Both the position numbers and the translations under genes were made by a program. From assembly GCF_964204645.1 (NCBI RefSeq), contig NC_134028.1:20273245-20337244 (forward strand): 64,000 bases of DNA. Reading direction: 5' to 3'. Below the pieces are notes generated by a model. It made no database searches, had not been told where the DNA came from, and was given only the letters and a program-made list of their open reading frames with translations. Positions 25,101 through 37,400 of this stretch are shown here, in pieces; positions within the stretch are counted from its first letter, which is position 1, and every line of letters begins with the position of its first letter. The DNA comes from Tubulanus polymorphus (taxonomy: Eukaryota; Animalia; Nemertea).

Positions 25101-27297
25101 TCAGTGCGGACAAATAAGCCATGTAGTAGCATCCAATCCATGGGCCTGGTGGAAGAACTTGAGCCATGTTTTAGTTTTTACACATGAGGGTACCCAAAGC
25201 CACCTCTTTCACTAAAATCTAGTTCTAGGTGGACTTCGTTTTCACATGGGCCCAGAATGTTTTATCAATGTATGTTTGGTATAGACATATGAAGTTTGTT
25301 TGTTTTTTCTTTTTAGAATGTTTCTGGTCGAACAAACTGCGGGAATTTTCCGGATATTCGATAAATGATCTCGTGAAATGTGTAATACACATACATGACA
25401 AATGGTACGTTTTACAACAGCAGCAAATTCTATGAAATAAGGCCAATTACTGCACCCAATTTCTTATATTCTCTCGGCAAAGAATGCTAACCTGATGGCA
25501 TCGAGACTCATCAAGGTATGATGAATGCGCAGCACAAGACAAGGTGTGCAGGTGCATTTGCGGTCATTATTAGCCATTCACATTAAGCCTGGGTTATTCC
25601 ATTTGTAGTTTTTCCTTAGCGATTATACAACAGGTTAACCTGGGTACTTGGGCAAATTAGGATAGGGTTTTTGCCATAGCAATCCCGATGCCATGGAGTT
25701 CTCGGTCCAGAACCCTCTGCAACTAGGCGGTTCTAAACTTCCCTTCTCGGCGCTGGTATCTGAATTTAAACTGGATCATTTATGTTCATTTTAGTTTTGT
25801 GAGTAGTAAAATGTTAGATCACAGATCGGTTGAATTGAAGGCAGTAAAACAGCGATATTCGGATCTATCATTGAACTGCGTCAGTGAAATTCAACCACTT
25901 CAAACCGATGACTTATGCAATCTGCTCACCACACATAATTACATGTAAGTATTCCAGTGCGTGAACAGTGGTTGGGAGAGTTAGTAGATGAAATCCTATA
26001 CAGTGGTAGTTCGCCAGGCCCGTGTTGAGCTTTTTTGAGGGGCAGCTCTATTTCAAGTAAAGGAGGGCACTTTACTATTGAAGAAGACAGATCTTGAATA
26101 TAAAGTGCCCGGGTACAATGAATCATTTGAGAATGGATACTTTTGAAAAAACATGATAATGGTATCCAAATTTAGAAAATCTTGATCAAAAATTTTTTTA
26201 CACTGACCTTTTGATGGGGAACATTGAAAATTTTAGGGGATTCGTCCGCTCTACCCCCGAACCCCCTCCTCGACCTGGGCCTGTACGCTGAGGTCGGGGC
26301 AAGATCGTCAACAATCCTTCACCCACCTTTTGGAAATATCAGAAAACTGAAACATACCTGTTTACACTGTTTACTGCACTACTTAAAAGCACCTTTGAAC
26401 ATTAAATCAGTAAAATTGGTGACATATAAATATCATTTCATCATGATGATCATCATCATAGTATTTCATTAAGTAATATGAATTTTGATTATAGGTCTCC
26501 TAGTAACATTAGTGAAGGACACGTGTCAGTAACACCTCAAGTATCGAGCAGCGGTGTATCAAAGGTGTCCTGTGGTAGTGTATCTAGTAAGGTATCCGGC
26601 AGGGAATCCTCGGTATCCGGCTACGATGCTGATTACGAAGATGAATCGTGTTCAATCATGGAATACGAGGGTAAATGAAACATTTCAATCTTCCGAAAAT
26701 CTCTATATAAACAATCTCTCATTTCATAACGATCTGTGACTTGATTATTTTGCAGATGAGGATCCTTTGGTCGATATTCGCGAGAAACACGACTCTCCGA
26801 CGGAAACACACGCGAAGGCTCGCGAGAACGCAACATTCCACAACATCCACCATTCCTCCTTCGACAGATCTCAAACCGACCAATCAGCCGCGAGTAGCTC
26901 AATTCAAATCGACCAATCGCCCGTGTCGCCTCGTCAAACGAACCAATCGTATTTGAACATACATCGTCAGCTGTCGCGATCTATCACAGCGCCCCCTACC
27001 TCGTCGTGCGTAACTACTCCCGTTTCGATGGAAACGAGTCGAGCGTCCATAAACTGGTCTCCGCATCCGGCGGTTGACGACGCCGACGAACGCGATATTC
27101 TGAACGAGTTGTCAACGGTAGCGTTTTCACCCGCGCGTCGTGACAATACCGCGTCGTCCCTCGGCGACATATCCGGTAGACATAATATACCGGCGATGAG
27201 GCTCGCCGAGGAGAGTCAGCGGACAACTCATCATCAAACTCAATCCGTAAAACGCAAATGCTCCGTCTCATTCGATGAATCGTCAAACTGTCCGTGA
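16106..27297 (+). CDS. CCNF: Cyclin F (F-box only protein 1); 13 exons: 16106-16112, 18119-18324, 18426-18600, 19023-19213, 19875-20033, 21086-21315, 22089-22253, 22673-22796, 22877-23063, 25317-25404, 25795-25944, 26495-26670, 26756-27297 (2400 nt, ~799 aa)
   Basis: F-box IWNLPEELVVQLLKSL; cyclin F-typical KLGVAYLYNEG and WLFIRPPWS; cyclin box MRYILVDWLVEVA...LQLLG; TIREAAWLTDNTYKYEDVVRMMGE; AVKQRY; Ser-rich PEST-like tail. All junctions are GT-AG and phase-consistent. The 7-nt first coding exon (ATGAAAG|GTAAG) is less certain. Confidence 0.93.
17500..17785 (-). mobile_element. 3' fragment of an RTE-like non-LTR retrotransposon in CCNF intron 1
   Basis: Translation RRRMNRLGHTLRM..SRIPKNALRWTP...GCPRK..W..AQ..AKD..KW matches the RTE ORF C-terminus; it ends in a TAAG-type tail. 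Confidence 0.7.
21360..22105 (+). repeat. Degenerate ~30-bp tandem array (TGTTTATATTGTAG|GTATATTCTGGTTGAT) made of copies of the CCNF intron 6/exon 7 junction
   Basis: About 20 degenerate units; the last unit is the real acceptor (22088|22089) plus codons R-Y-I-L-V-D. Confidence 0.85.
23881..24825 (-). CDS. Single-exon rhodopsin-like (class A) GPCR, peptide-receptor-like orphan, nested antisense in CCNF intron 9
   Basis: 314-aa ORF with seven hydrophobic segments, TM1 GN, TM2 YLAALAACDL, TM3 ERLMVVLFPL (DRY variant), TM6 FIAATMP, TM7 NYSVNFYIY (NPxxY variant) and helix 8 EVRNAF. Confidence 0.9.
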   Translation of the reverse strand: MNSSSSPPSSIAHAYISSIVLNGLSHLPGDTRIWTIASTTIFAFGAFGNVSSFLIMTRKRFRRFSYSNYLAALAACDLGTSIGLCLMPVLRYVFEVAGLAKVHLTSFAQCSLYEFSFRLSVFCSSWLIVVIGFERLMVVLFPLSTRVVCTPRFARAVVAIVLVANWLVCTPQSIILMRFSLKAGCHYDHRRQQQIVFTFSVVYLFMVPISLTAAFNVLIVARLFKQSDLGSGGGKSAKTRQTTVMLVTVTVVFIAATMPSTATVFITMPSDIRDVILGGFSVLQSCNYSVNFYIYLLLGKEVRNAFIESFKCWE

Positions 27298-28364
27298 AAT
27301 TTAATAAAATTGCAATAACCGAACTTCAGTAGACTCTGTGCGAGAAACTCGGATATCGCTGAATTCGGACACATTTTTTTTAACGGTTCCGGACGATCCG
27401 ACGTCACTTGAGCGAAGTCTACTGTATTAGTGAATCATGTTTTCGTCTGTTTCCGGTTCTATTCAAGCAGCAGTTGGTCGAAAGTTGATCGAAGTTAACC
27501 AGCGGATAACTGACATAGTGATATTTAAAATTGTATCTACGTGTCATATTTGCTCCCAGCTAACCCCCTGCTCAGTAGATTATGTCTGTGTTGCATGTGA
27601 TTAGTAGTTTGATAATGAAATGAATGTTGAATGCACCTCTTCTTGTCCATTCGTGTAATATTGGGAAATGTTTATGGTGAATGAATAATGTTTGCGTCGC
27701 GTTTTTTTGATAATGCTGAAAAATGAATGTCGCTTTTGAGTTGAATCATAAATTTCTATAATCTTTGTACAGTCGACTCTCGATTATCAGCCACCCTCAG
27801 TTTCGCCTAAATTTTAAATCTTTGTAATACAAAAATGAGAGTTGTGAATTAAAATGATGTTTTTTTATCTGCCACCCTCGACTATCGGCCAATAAGGTGT
27901 AGTAATATTAATATTTTATTCATCAATATATGTACGATATCTTAAAAGATTGTTGATTTGACATCACCGGTTCTGCATAATTGAAGGACATCCCCGAGTC
28001 TTAAGGCTGCAGCGTTTAACCATTTCAGTGCGTCTACAGCACAGTGTGGTGTATGAATCGGTGATGGATTTTGCGAGTACACTGCACTGTGGTGTGTTGG
28101 TGTAATTATCTCTCTTGAAAAATGGCAGCACCTGTCAAACATAGTGAAATATTAGTAACTAACGATACACCACACCGCAGTGTAGAAGCACTATAATGGT
28201 ATTCCCGATATTCAACACACTAGGGCGGAATTTTTCAAAATTTTAAAATTATCTCCAGCACTATAAGGTCATATAGTAGTCAGCACTGAAAGGGTTAAGG
28301 GAGAACGCTCTAAAAAAGAAAATACAAAATCCACCTCTAATCGAGGTCAACAAAACAATGTTTA

Positions 28365-28529
28365 GGGATCATTCATTTATTACGTACGCATAAAATTTGA
28401 ATTTTTCAACCCCCCTCCCCCTCTATATGCTAAATCGGCCATTTTTTCATATACATTAAGCATTACAGTACGCAATTTTACCTACCCCTCCCCCTCCCCT
28501 AATGCGTAGGTAATAAATGAATGACCCCT
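28365..28529. mobile_element. MITE, copy 2 (reverse complement of 6923-7103)
   Basis: TIRs GGGATCATTCATTTATTACGTACGCAT and ATGCGTAGGTAATAAATGAATGACCCC. Confidence 0.7.
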
Positions 28530-30254
28530 TACAATTACAAAAAGTGAAATAATAATAAGATATGCAAACAGAAAACAAATAATGATGATTATAGATATTA
28601 TATGTACCCGCATATTATGATGATTTGCAGCATGTCCCAGCTAACGTATACGTATCAATCCAAATTTGGATTAGACATTTAATACGATAATTTCACTTTT
28701 ACCCATAAAATTCGTATTAATGAGGCTCTACTGAGTGATCATTCGTCTCAACCGTGGCGAGTAACTGAGAGTTGACTGTAACTCATATTTTGATATATTT
28801 TTTTTTCAATGATAGTATGATTGTATTAGTTTGCGCAGGATGCATTAGTTTATTCAATGCTGTATGTTTTTTCTACTAAATGTTTATGAATTCGATTGAT
28901 TTTGAATTTGAGTCTTGTATTAATATGATTATTGTAGCCAAACATGAAAAAAAAAACATTAGGATTTCGTCATTCTTTATTTTGTTACGAATAAAAAAAT
29001 GAAAAATGTGTTCGAAGCTATTGCAGTGATTTTGTTTTCGTCGGATTTCACAGATTGTGATTGGGTTTTACAGTGGGCTCTGCCTAAATTTGGGACCTTC
29101 ATTTTTCTACCGAACTATGCAGCTACAGGTTTGAAGAACCGCGAAAATCGATGGATAAGAATAGGGCATTTTTTTATCCTAACGAGGGGGTCAAGTGGCA
29201 TCACTTAATTTCGGACATCGGCCTTCTTCAAAAACCATATATTTTTACCAGGTTAGGATACACATAGGTTTTGTATCCTACTTTTCACAAGTAAAATGAG
29301 AATAATCAGTGTCAAACTTCGCATTCATAGTGTTCAACGGTAACGCACGCTTTAGTGGAGCGTGATTACATGAATTAACAACCAACAAAGTACGCGAGAT
29401 AGATATAAACTACATGGACCTAAACCACGTCAGTAAAGCCAAGGGGGCTATGTTCGCACCCGATTTCCCTCATGAATGTTTTCTAAGCTTTCGTTTTAAA
29501 AACAGACCAGATGTGATTGTCTCTGTACATAATACATGTACTACGCTTTAGTTTCAACGCAATGTGCATTTGGTTTAGTTTAGTTCAGTTGACTCCGCCT
29601 AAACCGGTACAGTGTTGGGACTTCATTCTACCGAATAAACGGTTTGAAAAAGCGCAACATCCGAACGAGTCCTTTTATAGACTTGACGTTTTACGTTCTC
29701 ATAAATTTCACGACACTATCCTCCGTTTCGGTTCACTTGTGATGCACTTTCGTAATGAAAATTATGACCAAATTACGTCCAATGAGTGACAGGGCCTGAT
29801 ATGAATCACTAACACAAATAGAAGATCGATAATGTTGAATAATACAGTATCGAAGGTGAGGAGCCGTTATGGTTTAGTCGCAGAATCCTGGACAGAAATG
29901 TAGTCAAGATTATGACAGATACCGGTACAGGGACGGATTTAGGGGAGCACCGGGGCACGTGCTCCTCCCCTAAAAGTGTCAGTTAAAAAATCTGGACCAA
30001 CCTAGGTGCAAATGTAAATATGTTGTTCTAAAAAAGATTGATACTATGATCTTGTTGTTTTTTGCCCGTTAGTGGATGGTTGTGTATTTAAAGGATAATG
30101 ACATCAAGATGCCTATAAAATGCATCCAGTGGGCTTCATCTTAAAAGATCCCCTGGCGAAGGTCCCCCAGAACCCCCTTTCTGACCAGAGATAATCTGCC
30201 CGAGTTCATTCGTGCTTCCCCCCCTAAGTCACCACCTTTTTAATCCGCCCAGGA

Positions 30255-32880
30255 TTAGGCTAACTGCGATAACACCGAGCCATTTTCTACTCGGCAAGAC
30301 GAATCTGAACCTTCCGCCCGAAGTGTTTGACAATGATGATTTGAACGCCAGAAAGCGATGGCGACAAGCCCAGGCACTTACTAATCAGTACTGGGCCCGC
30401 CGGACACGGGAGTATATACCGACACTTGTCCAGCGAACCAAAAATGAAAGACTGCAAGCCGAGACCTACAAATCGACGATGTGGTACTACTCGCCGATGA
30501 CAACCTGCCACGTGGCCAGTGGCCGCTCGGACGCATCATCAATGTCCACCCTGGAACCGATGGACATGTCCGGTCAGTGTGGAACTCAATACGACAAGCG
30601 GAGTCGACAGGCGACCAGTGACGAAAGTTAACCGACTCGACGCCTGAACTGCTTGCCTCGTCACTCCGATAACTTATCGCGAACTCTCGATATTGGACCG
30701 ATCATCGATAAACCGCCGATTGTCAATATTTTCGAACAATAACGCGTGTTCGTGTATTTTCTTGATTTTCCGCATTTAGACTATACCCGACTTTGGCGCG
30801 GGAGGATGTGGTAACCGTTACAACAGTGTTCTCAAAACCAGATGGCCACAGTCCACGTGGACCTGGTTGCCACCGAGATTGCGTGTTAGCGTGGACCTGG
30901 TTGCCACCGAGATTGCTTGTCAACTATGCAATCTATGCCGTGCGTAATGTGAACCCGCGTAATATAATCGTTTACTACGGTGGCTGATTCGATTCGGGCC
31001 AAGTAAGAAAAAAATTCCGTGCAATATGCCGCGCAAAAAAATGTATTGCGTCGTTTCTGCGTCCGCTTCTGCGCGCCGCAGAAACGCGCCGAAACGGGCG
31101 ATTTCTCGTTTTTGGCGCCCCACCGAAACGAACTTCGTTTCTTCGCCCGTTTCTTCGCCGCGAAGAGACGAATTTTACCGCGCATAAACGCGCCAAAACG
31201 AGCGCAGAAACGAACTTTCGTTTTTGCACCCGTTTCTGCGCGGTCATTTCTCGTTTCGGCGACCCGCAGAAACGAACTTCGTTTCTTCGCCCGTTTCGTT
31301 TCTGCGCAGAAACATTGCTGTTTTACCACGTGACACAGTTCCGGGGCCAAATACGAAAATCATCAAAAAATCATCGAATACTTCTAAGATCAGCTTTCTC
31401 ACTAACAATTGATTAACTAATGAGAAAAGCTGATTCGAATTTGATTGAAATGAAGCGGGAAATTGAAGCAAGGTAACCCAGTGCCACTGGCGATCCTAGT
31501 GGATCATCGCAACTGTAGCGATGCCGGTATCCCATTGATTGAGTTTAGGTTTTTTTTTCAATAAAACTTCCTTTAATCGATGGTTTATTTATTCTCCGCT
31601 AAAGTCAGCTAAATGTATCCTTTGCAAATGATTTAATTCAAATTCATTTTATTCTCACTAATTGACGAAAAGGCGGTTGGTTACTAGTACGTTAAAATAT
31701 TCGAGTTGGTTTGTAAGGGACGCTCAATCCAAAAATCAAACGAAATTAACCATCCAAAATTGAAAACAGGGATGATCCCTATTTTAAGATCAAAATATTC
31801 GAGTTAAAAACTACGAAAAATTAAAGATAATTTTACTTTACTAGTCTTTCAATTTATTGTTAAAGACATTCGGCAATAATATTCGATTTCGGGAACAGAT
31901 ACGCCCAGCTTGGTAAAGTAAAGGGCACTTTAGCAGGCTGCGATTAGAATGAATTATTGAAATTTGGAAATGACCTTACAACGTCACGTGACGTTGTGAT
32001 CTACTTATCGAGAATACACGTGCCATCGGGACTCATGCACCACGTGGTAAAACAGAAATATTACCGCGCAGAAACGAAACGGGCGAGGTTCGTTTCTGTG
32101 AGCGCAGAAACGGGCGCACAAGTGCAGGTTCGTTTCTGCGCCCGTTTCTGCACGGTAAATTTCGTTTCTGCGGCGCGCAGAAACGGACGCAGAAACGAAG
32201 CAATATATTTCATGCGCGGCATATTGCACGGAATATTTTTTTAACTTGGCCCGAATCGGCTACCATAGTTTACACATGTATAATATTGCTTCTTAACGAG
32301 TTTAAGACTGTGTCTGTTCTCGCGATCGTTTTTTTTTTTGTGTGCTTTATTTAGTAACATTTTGACAGTTCTGTAAAGTTCTGTAACATTTTTAACAGAT
32401 TGCAATCTTAATTAGTTTCTAGCCAATTTTGTATAAAAGCCGTAGCAATTTCTCTGTAAAATCAGTTCATCTTTGTAAGCCCGATGGTGCGCGTCTCTGC
32501 CAAATAAATAGCTCTCGTCTATACTCCGAAGAAAGTCTTGCAGTTACGTAGTAATTTCATGACCAAGTGACAGGACGACGACTCTGCCTTGCTTTGCAGC
32601 TTCAAGGGACAGGACGACGACTCTGCCTCGCTTTTGCTGCTTCAACCGGGGAACTCTCCGGGTTGACTCTGTCCGACTCGCTAAATTGCCTCTGCCTGGT
32701 GACCCGCCTGGCTTCTGCTTACCTGGTGACCCGACTAGCTTCTGCTTCAGCCCGACTTTGCTTTGCTTCTGTCCGAGAACTCATACAGTCCTCCTCGCTC
32801 AATCGTTTCCTTCGCTCCCCATCGACTGTCAGTGGAGTGAGCCCGAAACCCCAGGTGAAGGACCGAGAACCCTTCCAACA
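30255..32880 (+). mobile_element. BEL/Pao LTR retrotransposon remnant: pol C-terminus, polypurine tract and LTR (30807-32880, interrupted by a MITE)
   Basis: ITPSHFLLG...KRWRQAQALTNQYW..EYIPTL..R.K, then after a frameshift VDDVVLLADDNLPRGQWPLGRIINVHPGTDGHVRSV (Pao post-integrase domain). GGCGCGGGAGGA is followed by TGT at 30807; an AATAAA lies at ~32502 and a candidate end ...CCAACA at 32880. Confidence 0.75.
30976..32267. mobile_element. Non-autonomous DNA transposon with long TIRs and subterminal GAAACG/CGTTTC repeats
   Basis: TACGGTGGCT..GATTCGGGCCAAGT..AAAAAATTCCGTGCAATATGCCGCGCA is mirrored at ~32212-32267. GTTTAC flanks both sides (30970-30975, 32268-32273). Confidence 0.85.
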
Positions 32881-34486
32881 TTAACTGGTAAGCCGCGAAT
32901 GTCTGTTTGTATGCTTCTGCCTTCGCTGGGTGACGAATCAAGGACTTATCGGTCGTTTCTAATCGGCGGTAGGCCATGAAAAATGATCCGTATTTCATTC
33001 TGGTCCCTCCAAAATGGAAATCACTTAAAAAGATGTCCATTCAACGAAACATTTCACTTCTGAAAAATCCCTACTACTCAATAGAATTAAAGGATTGCCA
33101 CGCGCGCGAGCGATTACCTGTGTTTTTACCGTCACCCAAAACAGAAAAATCACATCAAACATGTGGTTATCGAGATATGTTTTATTCAAGTTTTAAAAGT
33201 TTCTCTGTAAAGTTTATTCAAGTTTCTCTGAGAATCCAGTTAACACAAACAAAACAGTCACAGTATGAACTGAAGCTCACCGAGAAACATCGACAACTAC
33301 AGATAACTAACAATGACACGTTCAAATCGTCTACCATTTCTCCTGATTTTCACATATAAGTAAATCGTTATTTACGATGGTAAATATTTAGTTTCGTTAA
33401 GTAGAGATAAAAGAAATTTTTTTAGTTTAGATATCCAGAAAAAAAATTTGAAGTTGAAAACATACGTCGAATATTCGATTGGCGCGTAATCTCAAACTTA
33501 TCGCTTACATGTGTTGACTATCCGGTTTGATAAATCTTAAATCTACCGTATTTGTAAAAAGAAGGTGTTGAGATAAACCAGCTAGTAACTAAAGCAATAA
33601 ATCAAATAACATAAAATCTAAGTTACTTAATACCTTATGATGAGTAAAAGAGAGAATTAACCAATGAAAAAAGAATAGTAAGAACTGAACAAATGATTGA
33701 ATGAAATTGCATTAGAACTTCGTTACATCGAACTTCACGGGACCTGAAAATCTGTTCGTTGTAACCGATAGTTCGTTATATCCAGTATTAAACTAGTTTA
33801 ATTGTCCGTCTTGGGACAAAATTGTTATATCCGAAGAATCGTTGTATCCGAGTTCGTTGTAACGAGGTTTCACTGTAATCCTAAGTTACAAGATTGAATT
33901 AGAAAAGTAAACAATTGAATATGAATCGTAACTTGCTAAAACATATTTCGAGATTATTTCAAATTTTCAATTCTTGACTCCGATAAACGTTACGAGAATG
34001 ATTTGTCCGATATCGAACGTACAAAGAGAAGCGATTCGTGGCATCCGCATGCGGTATCCATTATGCGGGAACTGGAAGCCACGATCCAAGATGAATTGGC
34101 CCGGGATTTACTGGTCCGGTTCTCAGTGAGACCAGAGTCGAGTTTGGCCCGTGTCTAATTAGCGTGTTCACGCGTTAACCACTCACTCAATACTTAAATG
34201 CTATCAAGATGCTGTGGCAAGCGAGGTGAGTAATTTCCAGAACCAAGTAGCATTAACAGAGGGATAATCAGACCCGTGCTGAAATTCGGCCGTGTTATAA
34301 ACCTGTACGGGCCGATTTGGGATGTGCGAACGGTTGGCCCGGGCTAATCTGGTACGGGTCAAACTTGGCGCGGGTCAAACAAGCTCGTGTGATCGCGACA
34401 GTCCATTCATAAACTTGAACCTACCATTAACCGATGAAGTGTATATTGAAATTTTGAGGAAACCAGCGAAAATCATTTGCCACATT

Positions 34487-37400
34487 TTAATCTGCACTGT
34501 TATTCTGCAGCCAATCGCGCAGTTCACCGAGGTTTTTATCTACCCAAATTTTGTTACTATACGCTTTGTTGAAAGCTGTGTCGAAGAGGTGCGCGTCATC
34601 ACCGATATCCTGCTTGTTATCATCGAAAAACTTTTGCAGCTACAAAGATATCAATAAACGAGAATTAATCGCGGCGTCAATTATCCTGAACCCAGTTCCG
34701 ACTTTGAGACATATTCTAATTCCCTCTTAATTTGAATGACTAGTTGATTCGTTTTTGTGAAATCGGGTCCAGAAGTGACACGAAAATCCAAATTTGAGAT
34801 TGAATCTTTGTTTAGGTATAAAGATATATGAGAGTTTAGTGGGCTCAATACATTAATGTACATAGAACATACCTTATCAACTTCATCTTGTGATCGCATA
34901 TTCTCTGTTATTGAATCTACGATTATTAACATTAAAAAACCATCGGCATCTCTAAAAATAAACGATATCAATCATTGATTCTTGTGTTTGCAAGACGATA
35001 CATCTCATATATCCGGGTCTGAGGATATACTATTTCAAAAGGTTCTCGTGGTCTAAAAATGATTCATAGAGATATGGACTGCCTATACCATTGGTCACGA
35101 CAGGTGTCTTTCTGTCAAGCCATTTTTTGCCTTACCTTTCTTTGATAGTGTCAAAATTGTCAACAAAAAACGTCCACGCCAGTTCACGTCCTAACCTGCT
35201 TCTCCAAGCGACGTGTCTGATGACGTCATACGCATATTGAGAATCGATTATATTTGTATCTAACGAGTACTTCAAATATCTAAAAACGATGAAGATAATA
35301 GTTAGAGATACCATCAACATAGATCCAGTGAGTCGATAAGACACAATATCCGAGTATGATTATATAATTCCAGTTAATTTCAATGTCTAAGTGACCTTCA
35401 AGATAGTATGAACTTTTGTTTAAAGAGAGGTGAGTTCATGTAAGGTCAATAAACAGATGCATTATTTGGCAAGACTAGACGCAACAAAATGATTCTCAGG
35501 ATTTCATAGAGGCTACGTAGATAATGGAGACCGATATAAACGATATAGATTAAGACAACTAAAAAACAGGAGTTAATATTACGTAATTGATTTCTAACTC
35601 GCACAGCAAGTTTGTGGATTCGAATCAAAGGTGATAACTTGGCTATAAAGGTGAAGGCATACAGTGTTCCCTGCCCTGGCTACTTCCCTACCATTCCAGT
35701 GTTTCAAGTTAAATGATTAGGGCCGTGGTAGTTTCAATTTTAATCAAATAATTGAATGATATTTGAAACATTTGACTGAATTTGACCAAATTGTACCTGG
35801 TTAGAGTATCTTGATCCTGGCTACATGTTAAGGCACGTCTGTATGTTTCTTTTTCCTCTCCATTGTCCGAAGCTACCATTTGTTCATAAACGAAATCCCA
35901 ATCCGCTTTCGAGCCGAACCTGATGGCATTGCAGTAAGCTATATCCCTTAAGTCGGTGTCAATGCTACAGGTAGAAGAAATGGAGCACCTTTATCCAGTA
36001 CCGGGTACTGATAATATGAAGAAGGCAACTGAAACTGACTAGGCTGTATAGGTCTACATACGTGTTAGAGTTTGGATCCTTTTTCCACGTTCCAAACTTT
36101 TGACTCAACACCGACAAACATTTCCAGTGACCATTTCCACAAGTCATCGAAATCATCGACCTCCTCAATTTTCTGAAAGATGAAAGCTTAGATTAGGAGA
36201 AGCTTTCAAAATCAACTCCCCGGTTTCGGTCACGGCATGTGTGGTGGGTATCTGTTAGGGGAAAATCAAATACCTAGGTTAATAAATAAAATAAAATCAA
36301 TCACATCGACAGAGGGAAAGTAAGCCATCTGTGCTTCAAATAAATAAAGGAACAATAGCTTAGGCTGGAGGATACTTACTTAATGGGGTGGGTTGATAAA
36401 CTAGTTTCAATTAAAATGATTCTAATCATTCTAAAATGAGACTCCTAGGCGACGAATTATGCTTGAGAGCTTTATATATTATTGGTGTCGAAGAATTGAT
36501 TCTTATGTCAATTGTCAATGTTGGGACATTGCTAGATATTAACTCACTTGGTAGAAGATGAATCATTTGGCTGCGCCTCCCAGCCTAGTACATCGTAGTT
36601 ACTCTCTGCTTGCTCTCGTAACATTTTCTGTAAATAGATATTGTCTTTAAACTATTTTTAAGGGCATATACCAAAATGAATTCTTCTTTCCGTGATTAAC
36701 AAACCAAACGCTACTTTTGTATATAAATAAAAAACTGAGATCTGACTTCGAAATAAAAAGATTAACGATAAGCCCTGAATTAACAAGTTATCTATTCTTC
36801 GCTTTGTTTACGATACGAGCAAATATCTCAACTTGATTGTTCGTAGGCTTCGTAGTTCACCTACAACCCGCAGTCGGTGCTATTCATGACGGTATCTCTG
36901 TGAATAAACACAAGGACGCGTGTTCACCGAGGACGCGTTAGCCTATTGACAATCTATAAAATCAACATCATTTGTTCACTTAAATCACGGCTATACACTA
37001 CCGAATCATATATGTTTATCGTGTCATGGCAGCAAAAGTATATAATAGATTATAATTCATAATTCAAACAATCTTCCAAAAACGAAACCCCTTACGAAAT
37101 TTAGTGAAATGAGGCCGCGTCAGTAGCTCAGTGAGATAAGGCGTGATGCTATTGCATCCACTATCAGCGCTAAGTGATAAGTGGGTTGCTAATGCATCCA
37201 CTGTCAATGATGAGTGCTGAGTTATAAAATAAATATTCATTTGGCGTGCCCTTTGAAATATAACCTGATTTGCATCCTTTCATTTTCATTCTTTCAGATG
37301 TTGAAACAACCTTTCAGTTACTCATAAGACGGTGTCAACCATGGTTGAATGACCCATCGAATGTGCTTAAAAACTAGGGGCACAGGAACACCATGCCCAC

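Noticed and set aside
30886-31471. Cluster of overlapping Arg/Phe-rich ORFs (also 31957-32244)
   Set aside because: They arise from GAAACG/CGTTTC subterminal repeats of the MITE.
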